This document shows, piece after piece, positions 14,201-25,283 of a DNA stretch of 64,000 nt. Each line of letters begins with the position of its first letter. The first letter of the stretch is position 1. The notes under the pieces were generated by a model. That model saw only the letters and a program-made list of their open reading frames with translations, ran no database searches and was not told the origin of the DNA. The stretch is taken from assembly GCF_036321535.1 (NCBI RefSeq), contig NC_087436.1, forward strand, positions 50,532,001-50,596,000. Reading direction: 5' to 3'. The translations under genes were made by a program, and so were the position numbers. The DNA is from Camelus dromedarius. Taxonomy: Eukaryota.

Positions 14201-15704
14201 GCCGTAGTGAGTACTACTATCAGGTTTTCAAATAAATCCGTAACATTATTACTCTGTGCATCAAGAAAATTCAGGTGTTCCTACACATACATTTGTAAAA
14301 ATACTTCCAAAATAAATTTTCAAGAACCAAACTAAACAGTTTTTTCAGAATACTTAGAGAAACATATGCAGCAATAAAGTTAGACCAGGACATTTTACTG
14401 GTGAGCAGATCTTATACTTCACCAAATTAAATAAATGTTTTATTATAAAAATTCAGTGTATCCTCTTGTACTAGGATATACACAGTAGTGACTGTAAAAG
14501 TCAAAGAAGCAAAAAACCACATACATGGAAATCATAATCAAAACAATCACTCTTACCCACTGTGCAAATGTAATGTATGTGCCCCACTTGTTAACTTGTT
14601 CTACTAATTACTGATGCAACATTCTTCATGGATTCTGGAATAAAATGATGCAGTTCTCAATATTACTGACATACACTCATTTCAATGTATGTCTGATTAC
14701 TGCAGAGATGGCTCTAAGCCTTAAAAAATTACATATTAGGGCCCATTCTAGTTGCAGTACATATAAATGAACATTTTCAGGCAGACAGTTACTTCATGGG
14801 TATTTTCAGCTGCTTCTCTCAGTACAGAAACCTCTTTGAGGACAATCATTTTCTACAGGCATTAAACTATCTGCATTCCATCTCTTATAATATTATGAAG
14901 TTGCTGAGGGCATGATAAATGTCATCAACTGATGCTTCAAAAAGATATACATCAGGTATTTAAATAATTTAAAAAGTGGAATATATGGAAAATGAGACAG
15001 AGTCCTGCTCTCAAAGAGCTTACTGCCTAGTTAGGAAGTCATATGATGCTTCAAGTTATAAGTACTATTTATGGTACCACAGGAACACTGAGGATAAAGA
15101 ACCAAAGGCTCCTTGGAAAATGATGTTTGAACTGATTCTGGGAAAAAAAAAATCGGAGCTAGTCACAAGAAAGAAGGGGAGGTATCAGTGGTGCACAAGA
15201 AGGCAAGAGTTCAAAAATATTTAGGGAAAAAAAAACCCATAGGACTTGTTGGTTTGTTGGTTGTGAGCTCTGAGTGAGAGCAGTAGTTAAAAGTAACTTC
15301 CAATTTTTTTCTCTTAGATAAGTGGGTTTTTGTTGAACCAGCTGAAAATTACAACAAAGTAGACAGAATTAATTTAATGAAAAATATGAGGCTAGTTTGG
15401 GAAATTGTGAGATGCCTGTGGGATGCTCATGTGATGTCCAGTAGAGTTAGATGTACATTTCTAAAGCCTAAGAAAGATTTTAGTTTAGAGATATGGATTT
15501 GGGAGTTAACAGCCTACAGATGGCAACTAAAACAATGGTAGGGGACAGAGAATAAAAAGAGAAGAGGACTTTGAATGAAGTCATTGGGCACCATAATGTC
15601 TAAGAATAAGGCAAAGATAAGGAGCTTATCAAAGAGACCAAAGAACGATGGCCAGAAAGAAGAGAACCAGGGAAGGAATGTATGTTATAATCAAAGGGAT
15701 TAGA

Positions 15705-16480
15705 GCTATACTATCCAATACAGTGCCTGCCAGTCCCATGTGGCTACTGAGGACTTGAAATGTGCCTAGTGCACCTGAAGAATTAAATTTTTAATTTTAT
15801 TAAGAGTTGATAATTGATTCAGTTTCGGGGAAACTTTTAGGTTTTTAGAGATTGTCATTCTACGTGAAGTAAGCCACAAAGAGAAAGAAAAATACTGTAT
15901 GATATAACTTATACATGAAATCTAAAAAAAAAGACAAATGAACTTATTTGCAAAACAGAAACAGACTCACAGACATAGAAAGAAAACTTACGGCTTCCAG
16001 GCGGAAGGGAGTGGGAAGGGATAAATTGGGAGTTCGAGATTTGTAGATACTAACTATTATATATAAAACAGATAAATAAGTTTCTACTGTATAACACAGG
16101 GAACTATATTCAATATGTTATAGTAACCTATAATGAAAAAGCATATGAAAATGAATATATGTTCATGTATGACTGAAGCATTATGCTGTACACCAGAAAT
16201 TGTCACATTGTAACTGACTATACTTCAATAAAAATATATATACATTGAAAAAAAAAGAATTGTGATTTACAGTGAGTATAAAATACACTGTGAACTTTGA
16301 AGATTTTTGTATGAAGAAAAGATTTCATTAAAGCTGTTGTACATTGATTACATTGAAATGATAATATTTTTAAGATACTTGGTTAACTAAAATGTTATTA
16401 AAGCTAATTTCACTTGTTTCTCTTTTCATTTTTTGAAAGTGGCTAGTAGGTATCATGGATTTCACTTTATTTCTACTGGA
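15705..16480. mobile_element. MER3/MER33/Charlie1-like hAT element interrupted by an L1
   Basis: catgtggctactgaggacttgaaatgtgcctag upstream and cattgattacattgaaatgataatattt downstream of the L1. Confidence 0.6.
15850..16257 (+). mobile_element. 5'-truncated, relatively young L1 3' end
   Basis: gtgaagtaagccac...caaaacagaaacagactcacagacatagaa...actatacttcaataaaaa plus A tail. Confidence 0.85.
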
Positions 16481-16513
16481 CATAGAGTATTTCAGGAAAG
16501 ATGTAATCATAAC

Positions 16514-16993
16514 TGTTGGGAGACAATTCTCCATAGGTTTCATGTTTCTGTAGATCTTGTAAGTGAAGCACTGTGTGCCCCTTATTCCAACATATCTTTT
16601 CAAGGATATTTGTATAAGGAACAGCCTTTGGAAAATGGAGATAATGCAGAGAAAAGAGAAGGCATACCTACTTATTGATCATTATAAAAGATATAGATTC
16701 CTTAAGCTCAGGGTTCCTCCTTTGTAATTTAATCCACTATGTGTACAAGTGTCTCTTGATCCTCTTTGCACTTTCTTGTGGGGATTGGGGTTCAGAAAAC
16801 TAGTACAAAATGATACTCTGGCTACTGTTACTGCAGTAATAGTAATAAATTTTTATTTTTTGTGAGTAATAAACTTTTCTTCATCCCTGACCCAGAACTC
16901 TTGGGTCTTCTACCAGCATCCATGAAACTGTGGCAGGCTGACTTGTCAGCTTACAAAAAGGGTAAAATCTCAGATATTTCACAGTTCTTGACA
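16514..16993 (+). mobile_element. Solo LTR (LTR47-like)
   Basis: TG...CA ends (tgttgggagacaattctcc ... cacagttcttgaca) and internal AATAAA; family from memory, no clear TSD. Confidence 0.65.
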
Positions 16994-17059
16994 GTGATAC
17001 TGTCAGTCATATATTGCTGTATAACAAACTGCCCTAAAATTTAGTAGCTTAAAAAAATA

Positions 17060-18060
17060 ACAATTAAAGACAGACACATACATAAGTGGAATGAAATAAA
17101 GAATCCAGAAATAGATACAAACAGAAAGATCAAATGACTTTTTTAGAAAAGGACAAAGTTAATTCCATGTAGTAAAGATAATCTTTTCAGTGAATGGTGC
17201 TGACACAAATGACTACGCATATGCCAAAAATGAACATAAACCCATGCCCCACACCTTATATAAAAATTAACTCAAAATAGATCATAGACATAATTTAAAA
17301 TCTAAACCTATAAAACTTTAGAAATAAACATAGGAGAAAATCTTTGTGACCCTGGGTTGGGCCAATAGTTCTTATATATGATACCAGAAGTACAAACCAT
17401 AGAAGAAAGACACAATAAATTGGGCTTCATAAAAATCACAATCATGTGCTATGTGAAAACATCATTAAAACAAGTCCTAAATTGAGAGCATATATATGTA
17501 AATAACATCTGGTAAAGGACTTGTATCTAGGATATATAAAGAACTCTATAGACTTAAAAGAAAACAACCAACCGAACTTTCAAAAGTAAGCAAAATATCT
17601 GAATAGATAAACAATCCACATGAAAAAAATGGGCATAAGAGCAAAGGACTATTTAATAGAAAAGAATAATTCAGAAAATAAGATGTAAGTATTACTAATA
17701 AGCAATGAAAGGATAGTCAATCCTATTTGCAGTCAGGGAACTGCAAGTTAAAACAATAATGAAATATCATTTTCTCCATAAAACTGAAAAAATAGAAATA
17801 TTGATAATATCAAGTGATGGTGAAGGAACAGAAAAATGAACACTCACATACCCTTGATTGTAGTATAATTGGTTGAAATTATTTAGGAAGCAATTTGGTA
17901 GTACTTATAATTCAAAATAAACGTATCATTTGGGTCAATATTTTGACTTCTATCAATCTACTCTACAAAAATAAAAGCATGAGAGTGTAAAGATGTCTAG
18001 AGATGGATTCTGTCTTATAAGCTATATAGAAAAATTGGCAACAATCTAAAGATCCATAAA
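17060..18060 (+). mobile_element. Old L1M ORF2/3' fragment
   Basis: cacaccttatataaaaattaactcaaaatagatcatagac...aaaggacttgtatctaggatatataaagaactc. Confidence 0.8.
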
Positions 18061-19496
18061 AGAATGGTGCAGGCTGTAGGAGTGGGAGAGCTGGGCGGTG
18101 AGACATGGTCTGCCTAACAGCCGTGGTTTCTCAGGAAGGATGAGGATGGGAACCAGGGTTGAGAAAAGAAGGGCGGATTTGAAACAGTCAATGAGAGAAA
18201 GAGGAAGGATATTCACCAAGGACGAGGGAGGAAAAGTGCACCCGTGAAGTTTTTATTATCTAGTCCTAGAAGTAGCAACCTAAGTGCAAGACAGGCTGGC
18301 CGTCTAGTCTTGCTTTCTGGCCAGAAAGCGAAGAAGGGACTTTGGTGGGCTGCCATCAGTCTCTGTGGCGTTGTGACTACCTTAGATTTTGTCTGTAATG
18401 TAGATTGCTTTTCCCACCCTCTCACACATCCATATTCTACTTGACACTCATCTATACTCAATTTTTACATTTCTTTTTTTATGAAAACATCACAGACTTA
18501 TTGAAGCTGACAAGAACCTTAGAAATACCAGTTTCCTCATTTTGTGGCTGAGAAAATGGTGAATCACAGAGATAAATGATTTTACAGTGTGGCATAGTTT
18601 ATAAATGATGCAGTTGGACTGACCCAGGTCAGTGCAGTTTCTGTGATGCTACACAAATCTTGTGTAACAATGACTAAAAGGAAAGGGACACTATCTGTGA
18701 TCCTTACAAACAGTTACCACAAAATTAAGGCAAGGCTTGTGCTTTGGAAATTAAATATTGTATCTATTAAAGAAAAATTACTCCTACTGAAAGTGATGGT
18801 ATGATATAAATATATTGCAACTAATTTTATGTGAAATACATAAAAAGTGAGCACAAGTGAGTATTTTGAATTTGTGCATATTTGTAATACCAGGAGCTTC
18901 TCCAAGTCCTGAAATTTGCACCACATTTAAGTACTGCAAAACACTGTCTAAGGCTAGGCCATGCTTTTGGAAGGATAACAGTGCCCTCTGCAGCTTCAGC
19001 AGAAATAAACACAGTTTTGACAGAAACAAAAAACCAAAAAAGTCATTTAAACATCAACGTGGAAGTGTATGCAATTAACATGCCTCAGAAATTCATTTTG
19101 TCTTAAGCTGAATGAAAATATTTATGCAAAGCTCACATTTTAAGAAAAGCACACTACAGCATGTATAGCAGATACTATTTGTGTCAAAAGACATGCAATA
19201 TAGAAAAGGATACATACATGTGCGTATCTACAGATTAATTTGAAGACAACACTCTAGGATATGGCACAGTTGCCTTTAAAGAGACCACCTGGCACCTTGG
19301 GGATCAGATGTGGGAAGATTTATTTTCACTGTGACTCTTCTGGTACTACTTAAATTTCTTCATCACATGAATGTATTATGGTAAGAAAAAAAATTAATCA
19401 ATAAAAAATTTAATTACCTTTTAGAGAAATGGTATGCATGCAAATTTTAAGCCTTTCTCTCCAGAAGCTCCATAACTTCAGACAAGTCCTTTAAGC

Positions 19497-19891
19497 TGTT
19501 AAAAACAAAACAACATGCCCAAAATGGAGTTGGAGATGCTAAGCCCCACGTCAGCAAAACCAGGATTTAATGTAATTACAGTTTTAGCTCACCCAAAAAT
19601 GGACTCTTAAGCCAGTATATCAGGAATCACCTAATTAGCACTAGTTAGGTAATCTGCCTGACAGACTCCAAACCATCCCCTGAAGAAAAGTAACTTTTCA
19701 GTTACAAACCCACTTTTCTGCCAAGTGTAAGTTCCTTGTTTCCACACCCATCTGCCTATGAAAGTCCTTCATTTTACACAAGTCCTTGCAGCTCTTTTCT
19801 ATCTGTTCCACTGGATGCCACCTGATTCTAATTAATTTTTCCTCAGTTAAACTTGTAAAAATTTTAATATACCTCTGCTTATCTTTTAACA
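19497..19891 (+). mobile_element. Solo ERV1-type LTR
   Basis: Termini TGTTAAAA...TTTTAACA, near-matching 4-bp flanks aagc/aatc. Confidence 0.7.
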
Positions 19892-21015
19892 AATCTCTTT
19901 GCCTTCCCTAATCATTTATTTTAAATTGAAATATAGCTTCCTTAACTCTGTTTTCTTATTAGATACAACCCAGCATCTTCACAATTTAGCTATGAGAAAA
20001 GTCATCTATATTAGTTCACATTTGGTTAACCAAACAAATACTGAATAGACTATAAAAGAGCAGACTATTTCAGTTACAGTTTTTAATCTACTAACCAATT
20101 TCTTAAAGTTGGGAGAAACTAGTCAATATTCACTAATTAAGATATTAATAATTATGAAATAGTACACAATGAAAGTATTTTCTAACTCAGTCCTCCTCTT
20201 CAAAAGAATCTAGGTATATTCCGTGTATCTTTCCAAAAATTATGTCAATATTATTGAGCAAGTGAATATGGTAATTTATATGTAATATTATTTAGTAATA
20301 AATGTCAACTTATTGAGTAACTGAATAAACAAAATTTTAAGTTGAATGTTTATGATACTCTAAGTATCTTTCTAGGGTTAGAGGTAAACCAAAACTAAGT
20401 CACTAACGTCTCAGAGCTAACACTCTAGTGGGAGAAGGCAGATAATATAAACAAAAATGAATACATATATATTGTATCTGAAAGTTATAAGTAGTATTTT
20501 AAAAGAAAAGTAAAGAAACAGAGGTAGTAGACAAGAAAGTTGTTATTTATACAGAGAGTTCTGAGGAGGTGACATGTAAGCAGATGCCAGAAGTAAATGA
20601 AAGAATGAAACCTGGGTATCTAGGTAAGAGCCTACCAGGCAGAGCACAAAGAGGGAGTCTGTCTAGTATTCAAGAAACTACCAAGAGACCAGTGTGGCTA
20701 GAGTGGAGAGAGCAAAAGGAAGAGTGGTAGCAGGTTAGGCCAGAGGGGCAACAAGGAGCAGGGCCTGGGAGACAGCTGAGACTATGGGTTTTATTCTGAA
20801 AAAAAAGAAAAATCCAGGTAGGGTGGCACTGGAGGTCTTGAGAGAGGATTAACATGATCTAACTTACATTTTTAAAGGATCAACTAAAATTGCTATGTTG
20901 AGAATAGACTTAGGGGGGCAGGGGAGGGGTGTGGAGCAAAACAAAAGTAAAAATGTTGGACCAGGTAAACAGTAGAAGTTGTGATAAATGGTTATATTCT
21001 GGAATATTTTCTAGG

Positions 21016-22310
21016 TGAGACAGGAAGGAAGGAGACAGGGCACAAACATTAACGGAATCACAGCAATTAGCACCTAGATGGCGGAAGATTCAATTCAGGA
21101 AAACTTGAGGGCAAGATAGCAGGAGATTTGACTTTCAGAACACCCTGAACTTCATTGTAATATATTTGCATGGTAAATGGCACTCCCGCAGGTGCCAAGA
21201 CAGCTCTAAGGCCGACCATAAAAGGTCAAAAAGTGGGCGGTGGCCAAATTCACGGAAATCCCTACCCCTTCCCCAAAGTAGTTGGACTAATCCTCCCACT
21301 TGTTAGCCTATGAAGTTACCAAGCCCATAAAAACTAGCCAACTCTGCACCCTGTGACCTTTTGCTCCCTCACCTTCCAAGATGGCCCATACTTTGTCTAT
21401 GGAGTGTGTGTCTATTTTACTTCAACTGAAACAGGAGGGAAGGGGGCAGGGCACAGCCACTCAAGGAATGACAGCAGTTCAACACCAAAATGGTGGAAGA
21501 TTCACCAGAATAGTGGAAGATTCAACTCCTAGTTGGCCTTAAGGATTAAGAGGTTTGACTTCTAGTAGACCTTGAGCTTCATTATATGCTCATTGTAACA
21601 GCATGATAAATAACATGCCCGCAGGCGCCATGACAGTCCCAAGGATAAGCACAAAAGGCCAAAGAATGGGCTGTGGCCCAATCCCTGGGAATCTCAGCCC
21701 CTTCCCCAGGGCAGTTGGAATGGTCCCACCTGTAGGCATATGAAGCTACTGAGCCCATAAAAACTGACACAACCACACCTAGCGGCCCTTTTTCGCTCCC
21801 TCTTCAGAGATGGCCCACACTCTGTCTATGGAGTGTGTACCTACTTTTACTTTAACCTGAGCAACCGATTCCCACACCTCTTTCCTTGCCTTTCTCGTCT
21901 TACACTCTATACAGTATGTATCTCTCTAAATAAATCTACCTTTACTCAACAGTGGCTCACACTTGAATTCTTTTCTGCGCGAAGCCAAGGACCCACACTT
22001 GTCAGGGCACATCCCAGGGGCTCAACTGAGACCTGGGACATGGTCCTCCTTACGCCCCACATCCATTTTCCTGCATCACAACCCCCCCCCCCCACCACTA
22101 TGCCTCGTGGCCTCTCTGGCCTTCTGAGATGGCCTACACTTGGACTATGGAGTGTGCATGTCTGAATAAACCTACTTTTACTAAACTATGGCTCGCTCTT
22201 GAATTCTTTCCTACAAGAAGACAAGGACCCTCACTTGGTGGGGCACATCCCTGGGACTTGACCAAGACCTGGGACACGGCCATCCTCTCACACTCCATTT
22301 TCACGTATCA
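21016..22310 (+). mobile_element. Outer MER41-like ERV1 solo LTR, split by the inner LTR
   Basis: TGAGACAGG...GTATCA with perfect TSD TAGG (21012-15 / 22311-14); MER41-type motifs cataaaaact, tgtctatggagt, ttgaattcttt. Confidence 0.85.
21427..22078 (+). mobile_element. Inner MER41-like ERV1 solo LTR
   Basis: TGAAACAGG...GCATCA with perfect TSD CAAC (21423-26 / 22079-82); colinear with the outer LTR. Confidence 0.88.
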
Positions 22311-22789
22311 TAGGTAGCCGCAATAGAAATTCATACACTTAATTTAGCCTTTGAGAGAGAAGTCAAGCATCACATCTCCATAGTTTACAGCCTGGGGAAC
22401 TGAAAGGGTGGACTTGTCACCAACTAATATGCGGAAGCCAGCAGGTTTTCAGGGGAATGTTATGAGTCTGATATTAAAATGTTTGTAATATTTATCAGAC
22501 ATCCAAGATGGGAGAAATTGGGCATGCATTTGCTGATGATATCAGTTTATTAAAGCTAGGGAAATGACTATGTGAGACAGACAGGAATAAAAGGGAAGGA
22601 GAGGGATTTAGTGCACACGTGGAGAGATTTTCAGAGTGGAGGAGAGCCAGTGGTTCAAGTAGTTGAAATCTGGAAGACGAGGTAAATGGGCACAGACATT
22701 AGGTGGGTAGACAGGTTGGCAGAAGTCAGAGAAAAGTTTCTTCTGGTTGCTTCTATTTTCACAGTGAGATATAAAACAAAACATTGTTT

Positions 22790-23290
22790 GAAGGAATTAC
22801 TGAATCCCTTTTCACTTACTTGCTTAAAACCTTCCATAGGCTTTCTCTCACTATCAAAGTAACATTTTATCATGGCAAGGTCCACAGGCACTCTCTCCGT
22901 TGCCAAAAATGCTCCAGTCACAGGGGCCTTACTTTTTACTTACACATTCGTTCTGTATTGTCTGCTTCTTCCCACATAAACGTGTTTCATAAGAAACTGG
23001 CACCTCCCCGCCACCCTCACCTTATCACTCCCTCTTCCCTGATTTGGCTTTACTTTTCTTCTCAGTCTTCATCATCACTTCATAGATATAGCTATATACA
23101 TAGACATAAGATACATACAGAGAGATATACAGATATAGATTTGTGAATTATCCATCTCCCCTGAGGGAATAATAGCTTTCTGAGTGCAGGTGCTTTTCTA
23201 GTCTATTCACTCTGTGCCTCCTAAGCCTAGAACCACATCTGGCACAAAGTGGGTGCGCAATGAAAATTTGATGACATATTTGAAAAATTA
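22790..23290 (+). mobile_element. L2 3' end
   Basis: ctattcactctgtgcctcctaagcctagaaccacatctggcacaaagtgggtgcgcaatgaaaatttg. Confidence 0.6.
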
Positions 23291-25090
23291 CATGAAAAAA
23301 AAGGCATGTAAAGCATATAACAGATTGCTTCGCACACAGCAAATCTTCAATAAATGTCAGCTGTTATAATGACAACAAAGATAATCATGACATCAATCAT
23401 GAGCACAACTATGAAAGTCTCCTCTGTGCTCTTGAACCAACCCCCTCTCTGTTGTTGGAGGCTTTCTTTCCTTGATTATGTGTCCTTTCCTCCTCTTCAC
23501 AGGCCCCTATCCTTCAGCTAAAAATGTGCAATATTTTTGCCCAGCATTTTTAAAAAATCAGTTAAGACACACTCTTCTTAACTCTGTATTACCTTATTAG
23601 ATATAGCCACGTTATTTTCAAAGCTTAGTCACCAAAAAAACAGTAGTCTATACTGGCTCACAGTTGGTTAACCAAAGCAAATCTTGAATGAACAAACTCA
23701 TTTTTATTTTACTGGTTTTTTCTACTAGCTAGTTTTTTTTAAGTTGAATGAAACTGCTTAATACATGCACACTTAAAATATCAATACTCATAAAACAGTA
23801 TACAATGAAAGATAGATATTTTATCTAATTCAGTCCTCCCTTTCCAAGGAATCTAGGTATATTCTTCCCCAGAAATTATGTATGCATATCCAGACATATA
23901 AATATCCTTTGAAAATATCAAATAGGATATACTATGTACACAATCCTGTACTTGTCTTTCTTTTAGCTAATGAAACATCTTGGATGGGTTTCTAAGGTAC
24001 CCATAAAGAGCTACATCATTCTTTCTACCGGCCACAAAATGTTTCACTGCAGTGATAAAACGCCATCCATTTAACTAGTCTCTTATTGGCATTTAATGTG
24101 TTTTCTGTCATTAGCTATTGTGTACAATGCTGCAACTAATAGCTATATATATCCTTGCACAATCCTTCTAATACTTACAAATTTTTAAAAACAGAATAGC
24201 TGGCATAAAGGACATATGTACCTTCACTTTTTTATTGATACTGCCATATTATCTTCTAAAATAGTTTTACAAAGTGTGTAGTTTTCTACTCCTCTAAATA
24301 GTGAAAAATTATTAGGAACTGCAGGTCATATTTTTCGTGAGAGAAAAGGGGATAATTCCCGACCCTCCTTAAATCAACCAAGGACTGAAATCACTCCTAA
24401 AGAAAATGTTAATATTTTTACTATGACACATATTTAAAACAAAGGAAACGAAGCACTATTTCTGGGGAAGAATTATTTAGAATCACTTTCCCATTTCTGC
24501 TAATAAAATTTCACCTATTAAATGAGTTTTTTCCAATCTTAATATTTTTTTCCTACGTCAGCTTCTTAGGAACTCACAGCCAATGGAAAACGGAATTCAA
24601 AGAAAAACAGAGTAAAGGAAGAACCTAAAATTCCTAGTTTTGAAGGAGTACAAGATTCTTCCGTTTCTGGGCTAGGCAGGGACTTCCAACTCCCGACGTT
24701 TGAGGAATTTTTGAGGATTTTTTTTGTTTTTGTTTTTAATTTTAAAAAAGAAACTGTTAGTGTAATTCTTTAAAGGTCCTAATTCTCTCTTAGTGAAGAA
24801 AAAATTCTCTGCTTCGTTTTTTTTTTTTTTTTTCCCCACAGATTGCAAACTTTAAGGGTGCGGTGGAGGACGGCATTTGTAAACGGCTACTGCACTTCAA
24901 CGGTGTTTAGCAAAATTAGTTATTTATGCTATTACCTGGAGAGCCGCTTGCCAGGCGCTTCCCGGACCCCTCTCTGCGACCCCCAAACCCCTTTCTCCTC
25001 CAGACCTTTTAACATAACCCACCCTCTCCGCTTATCCGTGGACGCGCCGCCGGCCTCGCGCCCCCGCGCCGCGACGGAGGTGGAACGGCC

Positions 25091-25102
25091 CGTGACGTCA
25101 CG
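25091..25102. promoter_or_regulatory. Full palindromic CRE/ATF site
   Basis: CGTGACGTCACG, containing the consensus TGACGTCA. Confidence 0.7.
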
Positions 25103-25138
25103 AGGCCGCGACTCAATCAGACGCGGCGTTTGGGAAAT

Positions 25139-25157
25139 TTTAAATTTAAAGGCGGGG
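25139..25157 (+). promoter_or_regulatory. Tandem CHR-like elements plus GC box
   Basis: TTTAAATTTAAA embedded in the CpG island and followed by GGCGGGG; TTTAAA is a known CHR variant of G2/M promoters. Confidence 0.65.
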
Positions 25158-25227
25158 TGGCCGGTGCGCTCGGAAGCGCCGGACGCTGGGGGGTCTTCGA
25201 CAGTTTTCTTGGATCCAACCCGACAGG

Positions 25228-25283
25228 ATGGCCGAGGAGGGAGCCGTCGCAGTGTGCGTGCGGGTCCGGCCGCTCAACAGCAG
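25228..25283 (+). CDS. CENPE: CENPE exon 1 (coding part)
   Basis: Strong Kozak aggATGg; [18 protein letters not shown](R); donor ag|gtaggt. Confidence 0.95.

Larger units (their letters stand above)
20370..22520 (-). mobile_element. L2 LINE, interrupted by the nested LTRs
   Basis: L2-like text (...aatggttatattctggaatattttctagg | tagccgcaatag...gagagaagtcaagcatcacatctcc) resumes across the LTR insertion. Confidence 0.65.

Noticed and set aside
18172..18183. GGCGG next to TTTGAA (CDE/CHR-like)
   Set aside because: Spacing is 1 nt rather than 4, it is 7 kb from the promoter and lies in L2-like sequence
18312..18329. Perfect 18-bp palindrome GCTTTCTGGCCAGAAAGC
   Set aside because: About 0.24 expected by chance in 64 kb (64000/4^9); no supporting context
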